Assembly (NCBI GenBank): GCA_029938115.1
Contig: JAPYOP010000004.1
Coordinates: forward strand, 72,752 to 136,751
Length of the DNA stretch: 64,000 bases
Reading direction: 5' to 3'
Origin: Colwellia sp.
GTDB taxonomy: Bacteria > Pseudomonadota > Gammaproteobacteria > Enterobacterales > Alteromonadaceae
The notes beneath the pieces are model-generated. The model searched no databases. It was given only the letters and a program-made list of their open reading frames with translations, and was not told where the DNA came from. This document shows positions 32,148-42,642 of this stretch, one piece after another. The translations under genes and the position numbers were made by a program. The number at the start of each line of letters is the position of its first letter. Positions within the stretch are counted from its first letter, which is position 1.

Positions 32148-32572
32148 TCCACATTGAAACAGAGCAACATAGCGGCTTTTCCGATTTGGCGGTAGATTTA
32201 ACACCGATGATAGATATTCTATTTATTGTATTAGTGTTTTTTATTCTAACCGCTAATCCGGTAGAGCACGCGCTAAAAGTAGATTTACCCGCCAAAGGTG
32301 CTGAACAAGCACAAGCGTTAATTGTTAAAAAAAGCATACAAATCACTTTATTTACCGAGGGAAAGTGGGCGATTAATGAACACAAGTTTTCTGATTGGTC
32401 ACCAACAAAAATAGCGTTAAAAGCCGCCATCGAAAATGCGCCTGAGAGCGAAATTGTCATCGCCTCGGCAAGAAACGCTTCAGTAGAGCAACTGCTTGAA
32501 CTCATGGCCTTTTTACAACAAGAAAACTTGCAAGCCGCACAAATTATGATGGATTCAGCGACGACTCCTTAA
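32144..32572 (+). CDS. exbD: ExbD/TolR protein
   Basis: DLTPMIDILFIVLVFFIL, VDLP. Confidence 0.9.
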   Translation: MIHIETEQHSGFSDLAVDLTPMIDILFIVLVFFILTANPVEHALKVDLPAKGAEQAQALIVKKSIQITLFTEGKWAINEHKFSDWSPTKIALKAAIENAPESEIVIASARNASVEQLLELMAFLQQENLQAAQIMMDSATTP

Positions 32573-32654
32573 CAAATTATATTTAGCACTAATGAAATTC
32601 GACATTAACTTTAATAAAACTTTAATAAAAACTTAACCTTATAAAAGGCTGTTC

Positions 32655-34844
32655 ATGAAAACTCGATCAACAATCACCAATCCGAAAAAACTAGCTGTAC
32701 TTTCTTTACTGTGCAGTACCTATTTACCTGTTTATGCAGAAGAAGCCATCACTAAACTTGAGGCAGTCACTAGTTATGGTGAACAAACAGCATTACAGCA
32801 AAGACAACAATCGCCAAACAGCATAGTGGTGATCGACCAAGCGCAAATTGAACGTTTTAATGACGCAACCGCTGGCGATGTACTGCGCCGTTTACCCGGC
32901 GTATTATTTGGTGGTGCGCCAGGTGAAAACAAAGATGTCCGTATTCGCGGTTTAGATAAAGAATACTCTCAAGTATTAATTAATGGTCGTCGTATCCCTG
33001 GTGGCGGAGAAAAACGTGAGTTTCAACTAGATCAACTTCCGGCTCAACTTATTGAGCGAATTGAAGTAATTAGAGCGCCTACGGCTGATATGGATGCACA
33101 AGGTATTGCCGGTACCATTAATATAATTTTAAAAACAATCCCCTCTGAGCCGTTGTTCAGCATTACCGCAGGTGCCAGCTTATTAAAAGACGGTGATATT
33201 AAGCCTAACATCAATCTTACCTATGGTGGACAAGAAGATGATTTTGGCTATTTGTTGAACCTGAACGTGCAACAGCGTCAATTGACAAAAAACAAAACCA
33301 AGCAAAGTTTTAAAGCCGATGGCAGCGCAGATAAGTCGGAAACAGAGCATGAAGATAAACAATTTGATGAATTACAATTTGCGCCAAGTTTTAGCTGGAC
33401 ATTATCAGACAAGGATCAATTAAGTATCGAACCTTTATTACTTGTTTCAGATGAAGACAAAACTAAAGACAAACTCAAGTTTAAAAGTGATGGCAGCATT
33501 GATGGTAAAGAATTAGAGCAAGAAGAAAAACAGCGCTTAAATTGGGCGCTTTATGGTCAATGGCAACATCAATATGGCTCAGGCAATGAATTCTCCCTTG
33601 GTATTAACCTGCAAGAAAGCAAAGAAGATAAAGAAAAAGTTAAAACTGCTTACAAGGGGGAGGATAATTTAGACAAGATAGAAAATGAAATCGAAGATAA
33701 GTCTGATCAAGAATGGGCATTAACACTAAAAAATAAAAATTATATTGGCGAGCAACATACTTTAGTAACGGGCATTGAGTTTATTGATAAAGAGCGTAAT
33801 AAAAATAAAATAAGAACCGAAACTAAAAAAGGTGAAACCAAGCCAAAAAGCGAGGCGAAAGATAAATATAATATCAATGAACAACGTTTCAATGCTTACA
33901 TTCTTGATGAATACAGTCTTAGTGAACGCCAATTACTAACACCGGGCATTCGTTTTGAATGGACAGATACTCGAGTTACTAGTAGCAGTGAGACCAACAG
34001 CACAAGTACCGATTCATTTTGGAGTCCGTCTTTACATTATTTATTCAACTGGACCGAGGCAACGAACATTCGCGCTAGTATTACCAATACAGCACGTCGA
34101 CCAAAGTTTGATGATATGGCACCTTATGTCGAGTCAAAAGATGGCACCCTTGATAAGCCAGATAAAGCAGGTAATCCTGATTTAATACCAGAAACAGCAA
34201 CCGGTTTTGATGTTGGCATTGATCATTATTTTGCCAAACAAGCAGGTAATATTGGTCTTAACGTATTTTATCGAGATATTGATGATAAAATTGAAACACG
34301 GGTAACGTTCGATTCAACCACGGAACGTTATCAAGAAACACCTGAAAATGTTGGCAGTGCGCGACTCAAAGGCATTGAGTTTGATATGAGTTTCAATATG
34401 AACTCATATGGTCTAGAAGGCCTTACTTTATCCGGCAATGTCACCTTTCTCGATGGTGAGATCACTGATCAATTAACCGGTAAAAAAACACCTTTTAAAG
34501 AACAACCTGATTATGTCTATAACCTAGGTTTTGATCATCAAATACCTTCGCTTAGTGTCAGCTGGGGCATGAATTTCAATCAAATATCAGCCCGAGAAAG
34601 TGATGAAATCAAAGATGGTAAACAAACACTAGAGTCACTTGCCATGCAAAAATATTTAGACCTTTATATTAAAAAATCTTTTGCCAATGGCTCTGAGATA
34701 CGTCTTTCGGCACAAAATTTATTGGAAGCTAATACTGATAAAAACAAAACCATTTTTAAAGGCGACGGCAATATCGACAAGTTTGAACATGATCTTGAGC
34801 AATCTAGCCGCATTATTTACTTATCATTTACAGGTCGTTGGTAA
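32655..34844 (+). CDS. TonB-dependent receptor (probably iron-related)
   Basis: VLRRLPGV, VRIRGL, IERIEVIR..GIAGTINIILK, GNPDLIPE, C-terminal W. Lies in the Fur-boxed operon. Confidence 0.9.
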   Translation: MKTRSTITNPKKLAVLSLLCSTYLPVYAEEAITKLEAVTSYGEQTALQQRQQSPNSIVVIDQAQIERFNDATAGDVLRRLPGVLFGGAPGENKDVRIRGLDKEYSQVLINGRRIPGGGEKREFQLDQLPAQLIERIEVIRAPTADMDAQGIAGTINIILKTIPSEPLFSITAGASLLKDGDIKPNINLTYGGQEDDFGYLLNLNVQQRQLTKNKTKQSFKADGSADKSETEHEDKQFDELQFAPSFSWTLSDKDQLSIEPLLLVSDEDKTKDKLKFKSDGSIDGKELEQEEKQRLNWALYGQWQHQYGSGNEFSLGINLQESKEDKEKVKTAYKGEDNLDKIENEIEDKSDQEWALTLKNKNYIGEQHTLVTGIEFIDKERNKNKIRTETKKGETKPKSEAKDKYNINEQRFNAYILDEYSLSERQLLTPGIRFEWTDTRVTSSSETNSTSTDSFWSPSLHYLFNWTEATNIRASITNTARRPKFDDMAPYVESKDGTLDKPDKAGNPDLIPETATGFDVGIDHYFAKQAGNIGLNVFYRDIDDKIETRVTFDSTTERYQETPENVGSARLKGIEFDMSFNMNSYGLEGLTLSGNVTFLDGEITDQLTGKKTPFKEQPDYVYNLGFDHQIPSLSVSWGMNFNQISARESDEIKDGKQTLESLAMQKYLDLYIKKSFANGSEIRLSAQNLLEANTDKNKTIFKGDGNIDKFEHDLEQSSRIIYLSFTGRW

Positions 34845-34846
34845 TC

Positions 34847-35533
34847 ATGAAAAAACATGTCTTCAATACACGAGTATTACATAATTGGATCAGCGTAGCC
34901 TTGGTATTACCATTGTTTATTGTTGGCATGAGTACATTTTTTATGTCCCATGATAAAGCTTTGGGTCAAGCCATTATCGGTTATACCAACGAAGCAATTG
35001 AAATAAAAGACTTGCTGAAAACCTCTGACGGTCACACTTTTTTAGCAACTAAAAATGGCGTTTATCAAGCTATTGATAATAAATTTATAGCCATTAACGC
35101 ACTTAGCAGTGAAATAAGAGTGCTTGAGCAACTTAATGATGGTCGTTTGCTGGCCGCCGGTAAATACGGATTGTGGTTGCACGACCTAGAAGGTAGCTGG
35201 CAGAAGCTTCATAATGCTGATATCCATGGCCTGCAAATATTGCCTAAAGACTGGTATTTAGTCACCAAAGAGCAAGGGGTATTGTTAAGTAGCGATCAGG
35301 GACTGAGCTGGCAGCAAGAACCGAAAATGACACAATTGCTTAGCTCCATGGCAACCAAACGTTCGTTACAACTCGGTAAGTTGATGAAAGATCTTCATAC
35401 TGGTAAAGCAATCATGGGGAAAGAGTATGAGTGGATTTGGGCAGATATTTTGGCCTTAGTACTCGTTATGCTTGCTCTTACCGGCATTTATATGTGGTGG
35501 AAGTCGCAAAAACGCAAACAGGCGCTGCAATGA
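34847..35533 (+). CDS. PepSY-associated TM domain protein
   Basis: RVLHNW..TM, periplasmic beta-rich region with SSDQGLSW, DLHTG, ALTGIYMWWK. Confidence 0.8.
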   Translation: MKKHVFNTRVLHNWISVALVLPLFIVGMSTFFMSHDKALGQAIIGYTNEAIEIKDLLKTSDGHTFLATKNGVYQAIDNKFIAINALSSEIRVLEQLNDGRLLAAGKYGLWLHDLEGSWQKLHNADIHGLQILPKDWYLVTKEQGVLLSSDQGLSWQQEPKMTQLLSSMATKRSLQLGKLMKDLHTGKAIMGKEYEWIWADILALVLVMLALTGIYMWWKSQKRKQALQ

Positions 35534-36753
35534 TAAGCCAAGTTGTATTGTCCTTATTACTTTTGATATTTACTGTTGGTGGCATAGGCATTGTGTTGTG
35601 CCAAGTAAATATTGCTTGGCAAAGCTGGCGAGGTGCTCAGCGAAATAAACAGCAACTTACAGCCCTATCCAATGCGCAACCACTGTCACTAAAAGTGATT
35701 GCTCGTCAGGAATTAACTGAGCGACACTTTAGTGTGCGTTTGCAACGCGTGAATAACAAAACATTAACTCATTTTTTACCCGGCCAATATTTAACCTTGA
35801 TGGTGGAAAACCAATCGATGAAAGGCTCTTTAGTTAAGGGAGTTCAAAAGCGATGTTATTCCTTAGCTTCTTGGCAAGAAAATACTGACAGTTATGAATT
35901 AGCTATTCAGAGAGAGGTCAATGGCCAAGTATCAACTTGGCTACATTCTAACCTACAAATCGGTACTATCATCAAAGCGCTACCGCCAAAGGGCAGCTTT
36001 GTTATTGAGCCTAAGCAAGTTCGGCATATCGTATTAGTGGCTGGTGGCATAGGCATAACTCCGCTACGTGCAATGGTGCATCAGTTCATCGCTGAAATTG
36101 CTAATGATTCATCGGCGAAAAAAACAATAAGTTTGTTTTATAGTGCTAAAACAGCTAATGAGATGTGTTATTTCGCTGAATTTACTCAACTTGCACAGCA
36201 GTATTCCTTCTTTACCTTTTATACTTTTCTATCAAAGCCTGAGAATGCTAATAGTGAACTTAACTGGCAAGGTACTATTGGTCGTATCAGTGCAGAACAA
36301 CTTACGCAGAAGCTTGAATTAGCTGAAAATAGTCATCAATCATCAAAGGAAAAGTTTATAGATAAAACGACTTGCCACTATTACATGTGTGGCCCAAACG
36401 CCATGATGGATGACTTAAAACACGGTTTAATACAGCAAGGCATCTCTGAAGCTAACATTAACTTTGAACGTTTTGGCGTTAATATTGACACTATTGGAGA
36501 TGAAAAATTCACGATAAAACTAGGTGAGAATGTTTGTATTGAGTTTAGAAAACAACGAACATTACTTGATGCTATACAAGAACAAGGTATTGAAATAGAA
36601 AGTGAATGTCGTACCGGTGAATGTGGTCAATGTAAAATAAAGCTTCAACAGGGTAGAGTTAAACAACTTATTGCAAGTGATGCCTATTTAAATGATGGTG
36701 AAATATTAACTTGTTGCAGTGTGCCAATCAGTGACTTGGTGATTGAAATATAA
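35530..36753 (+). CDS. Membrane-anchored FAD/NAD(P)H oxidoreductase with C-terminal 2Fe-2S domain
   Basis: N-terminal TM, FLPGQY, RCYSLAS, AGGIGITP, YMCGP, FERFG, CRTGECGQC..LTCC. ATGA overlap with the PepSY gene. Confidence 0.88.
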   Translation: MISQVVLSLLLLIFTVGGIGIVLCQVNIAWQSWRGAQRNKQQLTALSNAQPLSLKVIARQELTERHFSVRLQRVNNKTLTHFLPGQYLTLMVENQSMKGSLVKGVQKRCYSLASWQENTDSYELAIQREVNGQVSTWLHSNLQIGTIIKALPPKGSFVIEPKQVRHIVLVAGGIGITPLRAMVHQFIAEIANDSSAKKTISLFYSAKTANEMCYFAEFTQLAQQYSFFTFYTFLSKPENANSELNWQGTIGRISAEQLTQKLELAENSHQSSKEKFIDKTTCHYYMCGPNAMMDDLKHGLIQQGISEANINFERFGVNIDTIGDEKFTIKLGENVCIEFRKQRTLLDAIQEQGIEIESECRTGECGQCKIKLQQGRVKQLIASDAYLNDGEILTCCSVPISDLVIEI

Positions 36754-36960
36754 CCGTTAAGTTAATTCCAACTCGAAAGAAAAACAACCTAAAGAAAATT
36801 GCTTAGTCTGTAAATGAGATACTTCACTTGAACTTAATAGTTAATTACATATTATTTGTTTTTTAGACCATACTTCCTCAAGTTTAGGTAGAAGCTTTTA
36901 CTCAACTAACCTACCTTTGTTCCAGCTCATTTTTGTTTGATAAAGTACAATGGCTTCACC

Positions 36961-37293
36961 TTAATTATTTTCAATAATGTAGCTTTTGATGTTTGCTAAT
37001 CTGTAGGGCTTTTCAATTTTATCATCAAAGCACATATCCATAGCTACATCGAGTTCTCCAGTGATTAGTATTTTTTTTGATGTGCAAGTTATTGCTTTAG
37101 CAACATCTACCCCCGTTTGTTTTTTTAAGCGGTAGTCAATAAATATCATATCTGGTTTTGTCTTATTGCAATATTCTATCGCAGGTTCTTCATCAGTAAA
37201 AATAGTAATATTTATCTCATTTGAATGTAAATATTCTTCAAATATCTGGCAAAGAGATTCTTCATCATCAATATACACAACGTTGATTGACAT
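36961..37293 (-). CDS. Single-domain response regulator
   Basis: VYIDDE, FIDY, ITG, EKPY. Confidence 0.85.
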   Translation of the reverse strand: MSINVVYIDDEESLCQIFEEYLHSNEINITIFTDEEPAIEYCNKTKPDMIFIDYRLKKQTGVDVAKAITCTSKKILITGELDVAMDMCFDDKIEKPYRLANIKSYIIENN

Positions 37294-37294
37294 A

Positions 37295-39124
37295 TTATTC
37301 CTTATTCATTTTTGGAAAATTGATAATAAAACATGTGTTTTTATTATTGTTATCTATGGAAACTTTAGCTCCATGGCTATCTAAAATCCCTTTTACTATA
37401 GATAAACCAAGACCTGTACCTTCATCTGCACTTTTTGAGGTAATGAAAGGTTCGAATATTGAAATATGTTTATCTAAAGGAATTCCTGAACCCGCATCTG
37501 TAATTGAAATATTATAGTGCTGTTTAGTTTCTGTCACCGATATATCCACCCATTTATCAGGAAGTTCTGATACAGCGTCTATGGCGTTATTCAACAAATT
37601 AACAATAACTTGCTCTACTTCTATTTCGTTACATTGAATTTTACTATTTTCAATATGATTACATTGCAGTTTAATGAGATGTTGCTTAAATTTTGGTCTA
37701 GTGAGTATTATAGCCTCATTAATCAAGTCATTAAGTAAGCAAACAGTATATTTACTTTTTACATCACTTCGGGAGAATTTTTTCAAGCTTTGAACTATAT
37801 GGGCAATTCGATCGCAAGATTTTAAAATGGCCGTTGATTTTTCTGATATACATTCAGGAGACGCTTTACAGCTGGTTAATTGTAATAATTCAGCGTAACC
37901 AGAAATAACACCTAACGGATTATTAATCTCGTGGGCAATACTTGCCGACAACTCGCCAAGTGCCGAAAACTTTGCGTTAACAACACTTTTTTGTCTTTCT
38001 TGATTATACTTTGTTTCAATCAGTTTACGTTCATGGATGTCTTGAATAGTACCCGATATAGTTACAATTTTGCCATCTTTATAGTTAGCTTTACCGTTGG
38101 TATATACCCACTTTATATTACCTTTGGGAGTGCTTGCTTGTAACTCTAATTCATAAGGCTCTCCAAATTCAACCGCTCTGTTAACCGCTTCTTCGATAAT
38201 GGGCAGATCTTCAGTAATAAATAACTGTAATCCATCTTCTAAGAATGGCGTTAACCCGTCAACTTTATCAACTTCTAATATCCTAAAGGTTTCATCTGTC
38301 CATGATAATTCACCCGTAGAAACAACCAACTCCCAACCGCCAACTTTTGCTGCTGAGCTTGTTTCACTGAGAATCCTAAGGGCCTTTAAGCGATCATCTT
38401 CGCTTTTAACTTTGTCCGTTATATCTTGTCTTATCGCAATGTAATGAGAAATTTTATTTTTATTAAATATAGGGATTAATATACTTTGTACATGATAGTA
38501 ACCACCCGCTTTGCTTCGGTTTGTAATGACTCCGGACCAAACCTTTCCTGCTGATATTTTTTTCCAAATATCGCTAAAAAATGAAGTAGGATGATAACCT
38601 GAATTAATTAATTTATGCGTACTACCGATCAAGTCTTCTCTTGAGTAACCTGATATATCACAAAAATTATCATTTACTTTGGTGATGACGCCTCTGATAT
38701 CCGTTTCAGCATAAATTGTTTCTTGCTCTAATGCGTCTTGTAAATTTTGAAACTGTTCTCTAATTCTAGTTTGCTCGGTAACTTCACGAGCGATCGCATA
38801 TATAAGTTCTGATTTTATATCAATATAACAATTCCACGAAAAGATTAAATAGTGACCTTTTTTGTGTCTGTATCTATTTTCAAAAAATAAAGCATATTGC
38901 CCTAAGTATAATTTTTTAAATTCTCGAGCTGTTGTTTCAACGTCATCGGGGTGTATAAAATCCAAGATAGGGGTAGATAATAACTTTTCTTCACTATAGC
39001 CTAATGTCTGGATAAATGAAGGGTTAACTGTTTGAAGGTATCCTCTTACATTAACGACACATAACATCTCAATTGATAGATTAAAAAATTGCTCGTATAA
39101 GTTGTTTTTTGCGTTGATTGGCAT
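37295..39124 (-). CDS. Cytoplasmic multi-PAS histidine kinase
   Basis: Three PAS-like domains (FIHPDD; ISGYSREDLIG; WTDETFRI), HEINNP, NAIDA, GTGLGL. Confidence 0.88.
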   Translation of the reverse strand: MPINAKNNLYEQFFNLSIEMLCVVNVRGYLQTVNPSFIQTLGYSEEKLLSTPILDFIHPDDVETTAREFKKLYLGQYALFFENRYRHKKGHYLIFSWNCYIDIKSELIYAIAREVTEQTRIREQFQNLQDALEQETIYAETDIRGVITKVNDNFCDISGYSREDLIGSTHKLINSGYHPTSFFSDIWKKISAGKVWSGVITNRSKAGGYYHVQSILIPIFNKNKISHYIAIRQDITDKVKSEDDRLKALRILSETSSAAKVGGWELVVSTGELSWTDETFRILEVDKVDGLTPFLEDGLQLFITEDLPIIEEAVNRAVEFGEPYELELQASTPKGNIKWVYTNGKANYKDGKIVTISGTIQDIHERKLIETKYNQERQKSVVNAKFSALGELSASIAHEINNPLGVISGYAELLQLTSCKASPECISEKSTAILKSCDRIAHIVQSLKKFSRSDVKSKYTVCLLNDLINEAIILTRPKFKQHLIKLQCNHIENSKIQCNEIEVEQVIVNLLNNAIDAVSELPDKWVDISVTETKQHYNISITDAGSGIPLDKHISIFEPFITSKSADEGTGLGLSIVKGILDSHGAKVSIDNNNKNTCFIINFPKMNKE

Positions 39125-39666
39125 CGTTGAAGTTCCATTATAAATTGGGAGGTTACCCACCAAGTAACCTAAACTTTCGTGGTTAACTTAGATTATTCAT
39201 TACATTCAGAGCTGGGTTAAATACTTCTTTAGCAAACATCCCTGAAATACATAATAGAATAAAGTAGGATAAATTAATTACAGACATAAATATTGTCTAT
39301 TTGAATGGTACTCTCTGTATGCACAGTCATATACGTACTAAACCTATTCTGATATGACTATCAGTCTCATGAGTTACTATTACAATATTATCATTATCGA
39401 GTATTAATTTTTCATAAAAAGGGTATTTAACCGAGTCTATATTTTTATTTTTTCTTTTGGGTTTGTCTTTGTTAGAACAATCTTCATAAGTCATAATATC
39501 ATTCTCTATTCTGTATTTAGTGGTCTAATTGCTTTATACGTCCAACTATCAGTATCTTTATGATCAGCTCATTGTTCAACTCATCTTCTCTACATTGAAA
39601 ATGTAGTTTCGCTGGTGGAACGCGTCAATAATGATACCGACTTAAGGTAACCTTCGACTGATATAA

Positions 39667-41208
39667 TTATTTAAACGTAGCACTTAACGCATCAATTATT
39701 GCCGCATTTTCATATACTTCAACACCATTTTTATTGACTTTTTGCGCCAATTCAGCATTATTTTTAGATATTTCATCAATATTAATAATACTTTGATTTA
39801 TTTGATCGGCCACCACACTTTGTTCTTCTGTTGCCGTTGCTATCTGGGATGTCATATCGCTAACATCATTAACGTTAGTAAGAATATTTTCCATAGCATC
39901 TTTTATATTTAAGGTATCTTCGGAGCATTGCTCCGCATTAGATTTGCTCACAAGCATTGTCTGACTCCATTCTTCTAAAGTTGTTTTCAACTTTTCTACA
40001 GAAGCCTGAATTTGCACTGTGGCATCTTGTGTTCTACTTGCAAGTGTTCTTACTTCATCTGCAACTACAGCAAAACCACGCCCTTGTTCCCCGGCTCTAG
40101 CAGCCTCGATTGCAGCATTTAAAGCTAATAAATTGGTTTGGTCTGCAATACCTTGAATTTCAGACATAATTGTAGAAATATTTTTAACATCTGTGACTAA
40201 GGATATTGCATTGCTCGCTGCATTTTCGACATCTCCTGTCAGATTGACTATTCTAGTTTGACTCACCTCAATAATTTTTATATTTTCATTACATTTATCC
40301 TGAATACTGACCACACTGTCATGGGTTTGAGTTGTATTTTTACTTACCTCGTCAATCGTCGCGCTCATCTCTGTAATTGCCGTTGCAAATTGCGCTAAAT
40401 GCGAATTTTCTTCATTGATACCTTCAAGCATTTCGCTGGATACTTTTTCTAACTCACTAGCAAGATTCACAAGTATTCTTCCTGAATCACTACTTCTCCC
40501 CAATATAGTTGAAACTTTCGCTTTATATAGCTCTACAGGGTAATTCATAATATTGGTCAGTCCTTTCCCTAAATAGATGAATCGAGAAGGGCTATCGGTC
40601 AACTGCTTTATTTTCGTTACTGTATTGGGGAAAACAATCAATTCTTCTGAAAAAATGATTATAATTAGAAAAAAAGACGTTAATAAAGTCACAATTGAAA
40701 TAATGGGATCCGCATATATCCAGTTAACAATACATGAAAATAAAATGATAATAGTTGCGAGAGTGCGTTTTAAGGTAATATTAGCACTGAGTTCACGAAT
40801 TGATTTACCGTTGTTTAACTGATCATATAGTTGTTGGGCTTTTATTTTTTGTTGTTCGCTCGGACATTTTCTTACTGACTGATAACCTTTTATAGTTCCA
40901 TTTTCATATAAAGGCGTTACATAGGCATCCACCCAATAATAACTACCATTTTTAGAACGATTTTTTACAATGCCACGCCATGAATCACCTTGTTTCAGCT
41001 TCCCCCATAAATCTGCAAATGCTGCTTTAGGCATGTTAGGATGACGGACAACATTATGATGTTGTCCGATTAATTCCTCAAGCGTGTATCCAGCAATTTC
41101 ACAAAATTCTGGGTTAGCATAAGTAATCCTCCCCTCTAGATCAGTAATTGATACTAATTGGACTGTTTCAGCAAACCTTATCTCATTGTTATTGTAACTA
41201 TGTTTCAT
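39667..41208 (-). CDS. aer: Aerotaxis receptor-type MCP (PAS + MA domain)
   Basis: N-terminal [34 protein letters not shown] Aer [34 protein letters not shown]. Confidence 0.85.
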   Translation of the reverse strand: MKHSYNNNEIRFAETVQLVSITDLEGRITYANPEFCEIAGYTLEELIGQHHNVVRHPNMPKAAFADLWGKLKQGDSWRGIVKNRSKNGSYYWVDAYVTPLYENGTIKGYQSVRKCPSEQQKIKAQQLYDQLNNGKSIRELSANITLKRTLATIIILFSCIVNWIYADPIISIVTLLTSFFLIIIIFSEELIVFPNTVTKIKQLTDSPSRFIYLGKGLTNIMNYPVELYKAKVSTILGRSSDSGRILVNLASELEKVSSEMLEGINEENSHLAQFATAITEMSATIDEVSKNTTQTHDSVVSIQDKCNENIKIIEVSQTRIVNLTGDVENAASNAISLVTDVKNISTIMSEIQGIADQTNLLALNAAIEAARAGEQGRGFAVVADEVRTLASRTQDATVQIQASVEKLKTTLEEWSQTMLVSKSNAEQCSEDTLNIKDAMENILTNVNDVSDMTSQIATATEEQSVVADQINQSIINIDEISKNNAELAQKVNKNGVEVYENAAIIDALSATFK

Positions 41209-41295
41209 TATTATTTAATTCCTTTTTATTGTGAAATTCATTAGAAATAAAAACACCATCTCTAAATTATGACTTAACCTAAACATGGCATGGTT

Positions 41296-42552
41296 TTAAT
41301 AAACCTTGTCATAGAATTCATTTAGCCACTTTTCAAATTGAGAAATAGGTAAAGGCTTTGCGATAACATAGCCTTGAGCATTATCACAGCCCATTTTTTG
41401 TAACAAGTCTAAGGTTTCTTGGTCTTCAACACCTTCTGCAATCACTGACATTTTTAAGTTGTGTCCAAGTAAAATGCAGGTATCTACAATAGCTTTTGAC
41501 TCCACACTAGTAAGCATACCGCTAACAAATGTCCTATCTATTTTTAGCTCAGTAAAAGGGACTCGATGTAATTGAGACAGCGAAGAATAGCCGGTACCAA
41601 AGTCATCAATCGACAACTGAAAACCTTTAAGCCGAAGACGTGTTAATATATTCAATGATGTGGTTAATTCAGTCATTAATGCTGATTCGGTTATTTCTAG
41701 CATTAACATACTGGGGTCGACTTCATTTTCATTAACTAATCGAGTGAGTTGATCTGGCAAGGTAAATGAGGTGATATTTTGCGCCGATATATTAATTGAA
41801 ATTTTTAAACCTAAGGCGCGTTTATTCCATAATTTGAGTTGCGCTATTGCTAAATTTATTACCCGTTCAGTCAATTGTTCAATAACGCCTGACTGTTCTG
41901 CTAATGGAATAAATTGATCCGGAAAAATCACGCCATACTCAGGATGATGCCATCTCACTAACGCCTCTACGCCTATAATCTTTTGCTGTGAAAGGCTCAT
42001 TTGAGGTTGATAGTATAAAACCAATTGCTGCTGTTTTATCGCTTCTTTTAACTCGAGAAAAGTAAGTTGAAAATCTATGGCTTTATTTGTCGAAAACTTT
42101 CTTCTGGGATGAACAGAATCAAGTGAATTCCCCTTAGATCCGCTATCGTGTGTTATCGAATTATTTTGGTTATTTATCTCCCTTAAAGTCATTAAAATTT
42201 TAATTAAATAGGGAAATTTAATTGGTTTAGTTAAATAAGTAATAATATTCAAGCCATATTCTTTAGCGAGTTGCATGGATGAGTGTAAAACGCCTTCGTC
42301 ACAGGCACTCATTATCAGTAATGAACAATTTTTATTAACATAGGCAAGCTCTCTGATGACTTGTACACCATCCATGTCAGGCATTTTCAAATCAAGCAAG
42401 ACAACATCATCATCATTAATAGGAGAAGCTAAAAATGCCTTAGCGCTTTGATGAACAACCACATTAAATTCATCACAAGTATAAGCCTCCAACAAATCAC
42501 ACATTTGAATATCGTCATCGACGATATAAAGTTTTGCTGATTCCGCTTTCAT
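41296..42552 (-). CDS. REC-EAL c-di-GMP phosphodiesterase
   Basis: Receiver, EALVRW, EITES, DDFGTGYSSL, ELKIDR, AEGVE, QGY. Confidence 0.92.
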   Translation of the reverse strand: MKAESAKLYIVDDDIQMCDLLEAYTCDEFNVVVHQSAKAFLASPINDDDVVLLDLKMPDMDGVQVIRELAYVNKNCSLLIMSACDEGVLHSSMQLAKEYGLNIITYLTKPIKFPYLIKILMTLREINNQNNSITHDSGSKGNSLDSVHPRRKFSTNKAIDFQLTFLELKEAIKQQQLVLYYQPQMSLSQQKIIGVEALVRWHHPEYGVIFPDQFIPLAEQSGVIEQLTERVINLAIAQLKLWNKRALGLKISINISAQNITSFTLPDQLTRLVNENEVDPSMLMLEITESALMTELTTSLNILTRLRLKGFQLSIDDFGTGYSSLSQLHRVPFTELKIDRTFVSGMLTSVESKAIVDTCILLGHNLKMSVIAEGVEDQETLDLLQKMGCDNAQGYVIAKPLPISQFEKWLNEFYDKVY

Positions 42553-42642
42553 TATTGATTTCCTTTGAGTATGACTTAACGATCGTTTGATTTATAAGCT
42601 ACCTTGCATTGCAATATAATTAACAAGGGATTTATTTTTATC

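Noticed and set aside
36850..36960. Minus-strand stretch reading GEAIVLYQTKMSWNKGRLVE*KLLPKLEEVWSKK as a gene remnant
   Set aside because: No family recognised.
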